Source: Macrostomum lignano
Taxonomy: Eukaryota
Reading direction: 5' to 3'
Length of the DNA: 21,056 nt
NCBI GenBank assembly: GCA_002269645.1
Contig: NIVC01003114.1
Location: 97,632 to 118,687, forward strand
The notes below the pieces were generated by a model. That model had not been told where the DNA came from, searched no databases, and worked only from the letters and a program-made list of their open reading frames with translations. Within the stretch, counting starts at the first letter, position 1; each line of letters begins with the position of its first letter. A program made the position numbers and the translations under genes. This document shows, in pieces, positions 9,271 through 19,323 of this stretch.

Positions 9271-9408
9271 CTTTAATCCTGTACTTCGCGACTCCCGGCC
9301 AGCACCAGAGCTCCCGTAACCTCCGTCTCCTCCAGCGCTGCCTCCGCCGCCATCTACGCTGCTGTACATCTGCGGCGGAGCGGCAACCACAACAGCTGGT
9401 CGGCTGGG
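9271..9408 (-). CDS. BAG3: BAG3-like exon 2 (Gly/Ser/Pro-rich linker)
   Basis: Acceptor AATTTCAG ends at 9409; PSRPAVVVAAPPQMYSSVDGGGGSAGGDGGYGSSGAGRESRSTGLK; donor AAG|GTTTGT at 9270; 138 nt, phase 0/0. Confidence 0.75.
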
Positions 9409-9442
9409 CTGAAATTGGGAATGTTGTAAACTAGTTGGTAAT

Positions 9443-12400
9443 TCATTCTTGTGGTAGATTAGGGGCGGATTCTTGTGGTAGGTTAGGGGCGGATTCTGTG
9501 GTAGGTTAGGGACGGATTCTGTGGTAGGTTAGGGACGGATTCTTGTGGTAGGTTAGGGACGGATTCTTGTGGTAGGTTAGGGACGGATTCTTGTGGTAGG
9601 TTAGGGACGGATTCTGTGGTAGGTTAGGGACGGATTCTTGTGGTAGGTTAGGGACGGATTCTTGTGGTAGGTTAGGGACGGATTCTTGTGGTGGTTAGTG
9701 GCAGATTCTTGTGGTAGGTTAGGGGCAGATTCTTGTGGTAGGTTAGGGCGGATTCTTGTGGCAGATTAGGGCCGGATTGTTGTCGTAGGTTAGGGGCGGA
9801 TTTCTGTCGTAGATTAGGAGCGGATTCTTGTGGTAGGTTAGGAACGGATTCTTGTGGTAGGTTAGTACGAATTCTTGTGGTAGGTTATGGGCGGATTCTT
9901 GTGGTAGGTTAGGGACGGATTCTTGTGGTAGACTGGGGGCGGTTTCTTGTGGTAGGATAGGGGCGGATTCTTGTGGTAGATTAGGGGCGGATTGTTGTCG
10001 TAGGTTAGGGGCGGATTTCTGTCGTAGATTAGGAGCAGATTCTTGTGGTAGGTTAGGTTAGGGGTGGATTTTTGTGGTAGGTTACGGACGGATTCTTGTG
10101 GTAGGTTAGGGACGGAATCTTGTGGTAGGTTAGGGACGAATTCTTGTGGTAGACTGGGACGGTTTCTTATGGTAGGATAGGGGCGGATTCTTGTGGTAGG
10201 TTAGGGACGGATTCTTGTAGTAGGTTAGCGACGGATTCTTGTGGTAGGTTAGCGACGGATTCTTGTGGTAGGTTAGGGGCGGATTCTTGTGGTAGGTTAG
10301 GGACGGATTCTTGTGGTAGGTTAGGGACGGATTCTTGTGGTCGGTTAGGGACGGATTCTGTGGTAGGTTAGGGACAGATTCTTGTGGTAGGTTAGGAGCG
10401 GATTCTTGTGGTAGGTTAGGGACGGATTCTTGTGGTAGGTTAGGGACGGATTCTTGTGGTGGTTAGGGGCAGATTCTTGTGGTAGGTTAGGGGCAGATTC
10501 TTGTGGTAGGTTAGGGCGAATTCTTGTGGCAGATTTGGGGCGGATTGTTGTCGTAGGTTAGGGGCGGATTTCTGTCGTAGATTAGGAGCGGATTCTTGTG
10601 GTAGGTTAGGGACGAATTCTTGTGGTAGACTGGGGCGGTTTCTTATGATAGGATAGGGGCGGATTCTTGTGGTAGGTTAGGGACGGATTCTTGTGGTAGG
10701 TTAGGAGCGGATTCTTGTGGTAGGTTAGGGACGGATTCTTGTGGTAGGTTAGGGACGGATTCTTGTGGTGGTTAGGGGCAGATTCTTGTGGTAGGTTAGG
10801 GGCAGATTCTTGTGGTAGGTTAGGGGCAGATTCTTGTGGTAGGTTAGGGCGGATTCTTGTGGCAGATTAGGGCCGGATTGTTGTCGTAGGTTAGGGGCGG
10901 ATTTCTGTCGTAGATTAGGAGCGGATTCTTGTGGTAGGTTAGCAACGGATACTTGTGGTAGGTTAGTACGAATTCTTGTGGTAGGTTATGGGCGGATTCT
11001 TGTGGTAGGTTAGGGACAGATTCTTGTGGTAGGTTAGGGACGGATTCTTGTGGTAGGTTAGGGACGGATTCTTGTGGTAGGTTAGGGACGGATTCTTGTG
11101 GTAGGTTAGGGACGGATTCTTGTGGTAGGTTAGGGACGGATTCTTGTGGTAGGCTAGGGCGGATTCTTGTGGTAGGTTAGGGACGGATTCTTGTGGTAGG
11201 TTAGGGGTGGATTTCTGTCGTAGATTAGGTGCGGATTCTTGTGGTAGGTTAGGGACGGATTCTTGTGGTAGACTGGGGGCGGTTTCTTGTGGTAGGATAG
11301 GGGCGGATTCTTGTGGTAGATTAGGGGCGGATTGTTGTGGTAGGTTAGGGACGGCTTCTTGTGGTAGACTGGGGGCGGTTTCTTGTGGTAGGATAGGGGC
11401 GGATTCTTGTGGTAGATTAGGGGCGGATTGTTGTCGTAGGTTAGGGGCGGATTTCTGTCGTAGATTAGGAGCAGATTCTTGTGGTAGGTTAGGTTAGGGG
11501 TGGATTTTGTGGTAGGTTACGGACGGATTCTTGTGGTAGGTTAGGGACGGAATCTTGTGGTAGGTTAGGGACGAATTCTTGTGGTAGGTTAGGGACGAAT
11601 TCTTGTGGTAGACTGGGGCGGTTTCTTATGGTAGGATAGGGGCGGATTCTTGTGGTAGGTTAGGGACGGATTCTTGTGGTAGGTTAGGAGCGGATTCTTG
11701 TGGTAGGTTAGGGACGGATTCTTGTGGTAGGTTAGGGACGGATTCTTGTGGTGGTTAGGGGCAGATTCTTGTGGTAGGTTAGGGGCAGATTCTTGTGGTA
11801 GGTTAGGGACGGAATCTTGTGGTAGGTTAGGGACGAATTCTTGTGGTAGACTGGGGCGGTTTCTTATGGTAGGATAGGGGCGGATTCTTGTGGTAGGTTA
11901 GGGACGGATTCTTGTGGTAGGTTAGCGACGGATTTTTGTGGTAGGTTAGCGACGGATTCTTGTGGTAGGTTAGGGGCGGATTCTTGTGGTAGGTTAGGGA
12001 CGGATTCTTGTGGCAGGTTAGGGACGGATTCTGTGGTAGGTTAGGGACGGATTCTTGTGGTAGGTTAGGAGCGGATTCTTGTGGTAGGTTAGGGACGGAT
12101 TCTTGTGGTAGGTTAGGGACGGATTCTTGTGGTGGTTAGGGCAGATTCTTGTGGTAGGTTAGGGGCAGATTCTTGCTGTAGGTTAGGGCGGATTCTTGTG
12201 GCAGATTAGGGCCGGATTGTTGTCGTAGGTTAGGGGCGGATTTCTGTCGTAGATTAGGAGCGGATTCTTATGGTAGGTTAGCAACGGATACTTGTGGTAG
12301 GTTAGTACGAATTCTTGTGGTAGGTTAGGGGCGGATTCTTGTGGTAGGTTAGGGACGGATTCTTGTGGTAGGTTAGGGACGGATTCTTGTGGTAGGTTAG

Positions 12401-13805
12401 GGACGAATTCTTGTGGTAGACTGGGGCGGTTTCTTATGGTAGGATAGGGGCGGATTCTTGTGGTAGGTTAGGGACGGATTCTTGTGGTAGGTTAGGAGCG
12501 GATTCTTGTGGTAGGTTAGGGACGGATTCTTGTGGTAGGTTAGGGACGGATTCTTGTGGTGGTTAGGGGCAGATTCTTGTGGTAGGTTAGGGGCAGATTC
12601 TTGTGGTAGGTTAGGGGCAGATTCTTGTGGTAGGTTAGGGCGGATTCTTGTGGCAGATTAGGGCCGGATTGTTGTGGTAGGTTAGGGGCGGATTCTTGTG
12701 GTAGGTTAGGGACGGATTCTTGTGGTAGGTTAGGGGCGGATTTCTGTCGTAGATTAGGAGCGGATTCTTGTGGTAGGTTAAGGACGGATTCTTGTGGTAG
12801 ACTGGGGGCGGTTTCTTGTGGTAGGATAGGGGCGGATTCTTGTGGTAGATTAGGGGCGGATTGTTGTGGTAGGTTAGGGACGGCTTCTTGTGGTAGACTG
12901 GGGGCGGTTTCTTGTGGTAGGATAGGGGCGGATTCTTGTGGTAGATTAGGGGCGGATTGTTGTCGTAGGTTAGGGGCGGATTTCTGTCGTAGATTAGGAG
13001 CAGATTCTTGTGGTAGGTTAGGTTAGGGGTGGATTTTTGTGGTAGGTTACGGACGGATTCTTGTGGTAGGTTAGGGACGGAATCTTGTGGTAGGTTAGGG
13101 ACGAATTCTTGTGGTAGACTGGGGCGGTTTCTTATGGTAGGATAGGGGCGGATTCTTGTGGTAGGTTAGGGACGGATTCTTGTGGTAGGTTAGCGACGGA
13201 TTATTGTGGTAGGTTAGCGACGGATTCTTGTGGTAGGTTAGCGACGGATTCTTGTGGTAGGTTAGGGACGGATTCTTGTGGTAGGTTAGGGACGGATTCT
13301 GTGGTAGGTTAGGGACGGATTCTTGTGGTAGGTTAGGGACGGATTCTTGTGGTAGGTTAGGGACGGATTCTTGTGGTAGGTTAGGGTGGATTCTTGTGGT
13401 AGGTTAGGGCGGATTCTTGTGGTAGACTGGGGGCGGTTTCTTGTGGTAGGATAGGGGCGGATTCTTGTGGTAGATTAGGGGCGGATTGTTGTCGTAGGTT
13501 AGGGGCGGATTTCTGTCGTAGATTAGGAGCAGATTCTTGTGGTAGGTTAGGTTAGGGGTGGATTTTGTGGTAGGTTACGGACGGATTCTTGTGGTAGGTT
13601 AGGGACGGAATCTTGTGGTAGGTTAGGGACGAATTCTTGTGGTAGACTGGGGCGGTTTCTTATGGTAGGATAGGGGCGGATTCTTGTGGTAGGTTAGGTA
13701 CGGATTCTTGTGGTAGGCTGGGGCGGTTTCTTGTGGTAGGTTAGGGGCGGATTCTTGTGGTAGGTTAGGGACGGATTCTTGTGGTAGGTTAGGGGCGGTT
13801 TCTTG
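9443..13805. repeat. 24-bp minisatellite, about 180 copies with higher-order structure, in BAG intron 1 (9409-13885)
   Basis: Unit GATTCTTGTGGTAGGTTAGGG(A/G)CG; recurring blocks of variant units. Confidence 0.97.
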
Positions 13806-13852
13806 GGGCAATGTGGTAGACACTTGGGTTAGCAACTAATTTAAAAAATTCA

Positions 13853-14182
<330 letters not shown>

Positions 14183-15259
14183 TTATATATTTATATCATA
14201 TTGCTAGCTCATTCTATTTTTAGCTTATTATTTCTTTAAAAAACAAAAAATTGTTCAAATAGAAGCGAATTTGTGAGTGAGTTACCAACTTGGGAGTTAA
14301 AGAGAAAGGCCTAGCCTAAGTATTTCAAGTAGATGTTGAAAATTGTATTCAAGTCTTAGTTCAGACTGCTAATTCTGAGACTGCTAAGCAGCCTAGGCTA
14401 CTTACAAAATCTAGAAGAAAAAGATATTGCAAAAGATCCCACTTTAGTGTCACGTGTTTGAATTTGGAAAAGCCACTTAGGAATTTTGCAATCTATAATA
14501 AAACTAGAAGTTCTCCGAAGCCTTACATTCATAGGTAAGTAACAAGTATTTTGATATTATTTCTTCTTGTAGCCTAATACTCAATATACTAAATAGAGTT
14601 AAGTTAAATTAGAGTTATTCAATCTCAACTTAATGTTAACTAGCCTATATACTCTTTAAGTTTTTTTTAATTCTATTATTATTAATTAATGAACACTATT
14701 AATTTCAATAATAGCTACAAAAGACTTCTAAATACATATTTACTCTAGGCACCATAAAGATTAAGCTAGATTTATGCCCCATTTTGTCTGTCCAAACTGC
14801 CTTGTTGTGCAGCAGCTGTTGGCTTATAGGAGTCAATAGAAAACATAAGCGCCTCAGAAATAGCCTTTGATGGAGGATTCAGTGGCTTAAGCCATTACTG
14901 CTATTGCTACTATTAAAGATATTGAAGATATACTTGCCACTGTTCAAGCTATTGATAAGGACATATTGGGTAAAACAGAAAGTTCTTATGGTTTTTGAAG
15001 TTTCCTATGAAATGAAGTATATATAATAGTTGAAGTAATAACTATAGCTGAAACTTGAATTTGGGTTGCTCTACATCAGTCAATGGCTTTTTTATACCTC
15101 TGCACACATGGCTTCTAGAAATTCTATAGTCTATCTTCAAAAACTGAGAACTTTCTGTTTTATCCAATACCTAGCTATACTGCTACTACTGCTGTTATTG
15201 AAGACTACTACTCTTTCCAAGAATGGTAGAGGTCAGAAAATGTCTGGCCGCACCTTCTA

Positions 15260-18200
15260 AATGGTGGCTTATTTATCCAACTGAGCTTCACGGCTCTGTA
15301 ATATTTGTCATTTTCTTTGCAAATAAGCCATTTTATTTGCATACCTATGCAAGTAGTGCTGACACCTGGTATTGCAGCCAGATCATGAGATCACTAGACT
15401 ATACATGTCCTTGGTTGGCTTGCACAGGTGCACCTTAGCTGCAGGGACACACAGAGGTCAGTGCAATATACAATATCACACTGAGCAATGATATGAGTGC
15501 AACCAACAAGGGCCACTCCGTGGTATTGCAGGCACCTGTTGCCTCCAGTCCCTGCTATTTCAACTATGGATATGCTAGGTGGTGCTGTGGACTATGAGGC
15601 CAATCTTTATCTGGCCCCAGCTATACCAGGTGGTTGCCTTAGACTCAGTACAATGAACTGCCAAACTCTGAAAGCCCCTGGCATTATATCATTCTTTGCA
15701 TACCTATGCAAGTAGTGCTGACACCTGGTATTGCAGCCAGATCATGAGATCACTAGACTATACATGTCCTTGGTTGGCTTGCACAGGTACACCTTAGCTG
15801 CAGGGACACACAGAGGTCAGTGCAATATACAATATCACACTGAGCAATGATATGAGTGCAACCAACAAGGGCCACTCCGTGGTATTGCAGGCACCTGTTG
15901 CCTCCAGTCCCTGCTATTTCAACTATGGATATGCTAGGTGGTGCTGTGGACTATGAGGCCAATCTTTATCTGGCCCCAGCTATACCAGGTGGTTGCCTTA
16001 GACTCAGTACAATGAACTGCCAAACTCTGAAAGCCCCTGGCATTATATCATTCTTGTCCAGTTGACCTATGACCTTTAGCTAGAACTCATTATGCTGTAA
16101 GTTTCTATTGTGGCTGAGCTGAGGCTCCACTCTGAGGACCTTAAAGCCAGCTGGAGCCTTTTGTACATATTGGCAAACAACTGCAATTGGGGCAGTGTTG
16201 CCATACTGATCAGACTGTCCTTTCAACAAAGTATGCACTGCACTTCACTATATGCCTACTGCATCTGGTTGTTTTTTGCATATGTATCCACTGTTATTCA
16301 TCCCAAGGAGGCTTGTGCCTTTTTTTAACTTCCTGGCTGGGCAGCTAGAAGAGGTGCCAAACTACAACATACTGGCAGTGCTCCGAGACCTGAAGGCAGT
16401 TCTGTGGAGGTCCAAGCACTAGCCCTTTATTGCAGGATACAAGAATGCTAATACCAATGCACTAGAAGATCTGCTTGAGTGGCTAGACCTGGTGTCTGCA
16501 AACATCCAGTTCTGCAAGCCCCCTGCCAATCTGGTTACCATTGCAGGCTGCAATAGGTGATAGAATGCATGCCGGCAGAATGCCACAAAGAGACTGGTGC
16601 AACTCAATGGTATACTGGTTAACACTCATGAGCACCACTGTGCTACTAACTGCGACACTATGGCTCCACTGACTCTCTAGTCAGACTATTGACTTCTGCT
16701 CTGCAACTTGTAGCTCCACAACTAGCTCTACCAACTGCCAAAGCAGTAGCAATGGTATTACTATTGTACTCTGTTGGACACCCACATGAAGCATCAATTT
16801 GTAGGCACTTTTGTCAGTGATCTTGGAGACTAGCACAAGGCAGAATATTCCAACATTAGCACTACCATTAGAGCTGCTGCAGAGCACAGTCCCACTGATA
16901 TGGCCAGTGCAGAAATTGCTACCTGTCTGGCAGTGACCTGACTATCAGGCAGGTACAGAACATTGAGTGACTCTACAGAAACTGGCAGCCCACAGGCAAC
17001 ACTAAAGATATGTTTAAGCACCTTCTAAATGAGTGGCAGCAGGCCACTGTTGATGATGCCATCTAGTCCATCATTGTAGCCAGTCCCAAATGAAGAGCTA
17101 AGCAGTGTAGATGGCCATCCAGACCCTGATAGGATAAAATAGATGCAAAAAGTGTGTGGCACTGAACCTAGCCAGCAACACCCTAGTAGAGCACAGGAAT
17201 GAATTGCACAACTTCTTTGCTAGCACTATGAATGCACCTGCATTGCTGCTACTTGCCAATTTTGGGCTTCCACTGAACATGCCACTCCTAGCTAAGGACT
17301 TTTGCACCAGCCCAGTCACCACAGAGTATGTTGTGCTACTTGCTCAAAACATTAGGCGACAAGGCACTTGGCCCTAATAGCCCTAACAATCAAAGTGCTA
17401 CAGCTCTGCTATGTGAACTCCCAGGTGACAAGCATCATGCACTATATGTTAGCTGGCACCCTGCACCCAAGTGGACTATTGGGCATATTGTTCTGATCCC
17501 AAAGAAGACAGGGACAATGTGGAAAGAAGACCATTGCCAGTACCAGATCTTGCTGATCTCCCACACTGCAAAGCTCTTCAAGCAGCTGCTGCTCAATTGC
17601 CTATAGTTGGTGCTGGATCTATACCTGCAAGTACAAGTACAAGCAGAATGGATTCTGGCTATAATGTGGTACAGTGACAGATCCTTACACTCTGCCGTCT
17701 CTACTGTATCATTAAGGAGGCATGTATCCACCAGTCTATACTTATCATTGACTTCATTGACTTTCAAAGGCATTTGACTTGGTGTTGAGAGCCACACTTT
17801 CCTTTGTCCTTTGAGCCTACAAGGTACCTTAGCAACTAATTGACATTGTCATGGCACTGTATTATAACACTTGAGCTGCTTTGGTGATAGTAGATGGCCT
17901 ATTTGACCTGTTTAACACTTCATCAGGAGTTCTGCAGGATGACACATTGGCACTGTTCCTCTTCATGCTGCTACTGGAATGAGTGCTTTGGACCACAATC
18001 TCCTTGGCTGATGTTGGCTTCTTGCTGCACAGAAGAATCAGTCACCACCAAAGCAAAAAGTGTGAGCATGCTTGGCTATGCCAACAACCCCACCCTCCTG
18101 TCCTTGTCTGTTGAAGGCCCTTGCACCAGATCAACAGGCTAGTTGAGGTGGCATTGAGTGTCAGTCTGGTTGTCAACACGCTGATGACTGAGGTGCTGAC

Positions 18201-18885
18201 TATGCTGGCAAACATCCTAGTAGACCTGACATGCCACAGTGTAGACAGGCAGATGAGCAAGCTTGCACATTGCTAGCAGTTCACCTATCTTGGCGGTGTG
18301 GTGCCCCTCATGGATGAAGACCTCTGGTAGCATAGAGGACTTACCTGTGGCCTTCATTTGATCTAGGCCATCACCCAGTCCAAAGTGCTGGCTGACCACC
18401 ACAGGGCTTGGCTGTGACAGGTGGTGGTTGAAACTATCCTGCTCTACAATGCCCAGATGTGGATGCTAATGGCTACACTAGAGTGGCAGCTAGATTGGCA
18501 CACTTAGGTCTGCTCTGTGTAGCCATTTGAGCTGACAAGAGCATTGGGACCAAAGCCCTATACAATTGGGCCAAGCTACAGTGCCTGTCTATTATCTTGT
18601 GCTAGCTACAACTTCAACTCGTAGGCCATGTGATCTGCACCAAGGGTTACTGCACCCAACCTATTTAGGATGTTCTGCTGCTCACTTTGCCAGTCCCATT
18701 CAGGTGGGGTCAGGCCTAAACCCATCAATATGTAGACTGCCTCCTACACAATGCTGGGGTGCCCAACATTGCCAATGGGATAGACTTTCTATACTCTTAG
18801 GCTCTGCAACAGGCCATCTGATGTACCTTGTTATAACTATGACCTTGCATATGGGGCTATATAATCTATTGTTATTGTTGAATAT
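15260..18885 (+). mobile_element. Dead non-LTR retrotransposon (APE endonuclease + reverse transcriptase, RTE-like), heavily mutated by transitions
   Basis: Decayed motifs: LRLSTMNCQTL (15997-), GSVAILI, VLRDLKA, SDY*LL (16681-), GHIVLIPKK, ILLISHTAKLF, KQNGFWL*CG (17641-), FIDF/KAFDLV (17767-), GVLQDDTLALFLF (17926-), LGYANN (YANN 18077-18088, from YADD), FTYLGG, VVETILLYNAQMWMLM. ORF end at about 18821; TTG/TAT-rich tail at about 18867-18885. The 5' boundary and clade are uncertain. Confidence 0.9.
15336..16055. repeat. Tandem direct duplication of a 359-bp unit at the LINE 5' end
   Basis: 15336-15696 and 15695-16055 are identical except G15430/A15789. Confidence 0.95.
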
Positions 18886-19215
18886 GTTGAAGTTGCCTTG
18901 CTAAACACTTTAGTCTCAAAATATATAAAAATATATAAATTATAAAATAATTTCAGCTTAGCAACAAAGTTATTTGACTATCCCTAATAGTATGGCAGGA
19001 CTACTGCCCTATAGGAGCTTATTTGACTAATACTTGTGCCACCCTACCAAGTAGGTGAACAGACTAAGGGCATAAGGCATAGCTAAGAAATTTTCTTTGG
19101 GAAGAGGATAGTCTTAGGGGAAAAGTCTTCCTGAACTAGACTCTAGATAGAACCAAATGGAAAAAGTGACATTTTCCTGGAACATGCATCTGGCACATTT
19201 TTTTAATTTCAGGTC

Positions 19216-19323
19216 AGTGTGGCGCGGCATAGCATAGTGTAGGAGGTCATGCACACAGTGCAACACAGTGGCCCAGCACAATGCAAGCGCAACATAATGC
19301 AGCGCAGCATAGTGCAATGCAAC
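19216..19323. repeat. Two short degenerate pentamer tracts (RRYRY; GGCGC/AGCGC-like)
   Basis: agtgt ggcgc ggcat agcat agtgt (19216-19240); agcgc aacat aatgc agcgc agcat agtgc aatgc (19286-19320). Confidence 0.6.

Noticed and set aside
368-13805. CRISPR-like appearance of the 21-36 bp repeats
   Set aside because: No unique spacers, no cas genes, eukaryotic context
9443-13805. True telomere or interstitial telomeric tract
   Set aside because: TTAGGG occurs about once per 24-bp unit, not as (TTAGGG)n, and the array is intronic
14500-15135. Heat-shock elements upstream of the BAG gene (GAAGTTCTCCGAA at about 14507; TTCTAGAAATTC at about 15113)
   Set aside because: Spacing does not give three correctly phased nGAAn units
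15250-17037. 19-nt near-match GCACCTTCTAAATG(A)GTGGC at 15250 and 17018
   Set aside because: Single short match with an indel; chance or a LINE rearrangement cannot be distinguished, and it is not a TSD
15066-18904. Short ORFs across the LINE as independent genes
   Set aside because: Fragments of the broken APE-RT frame or antisense noise
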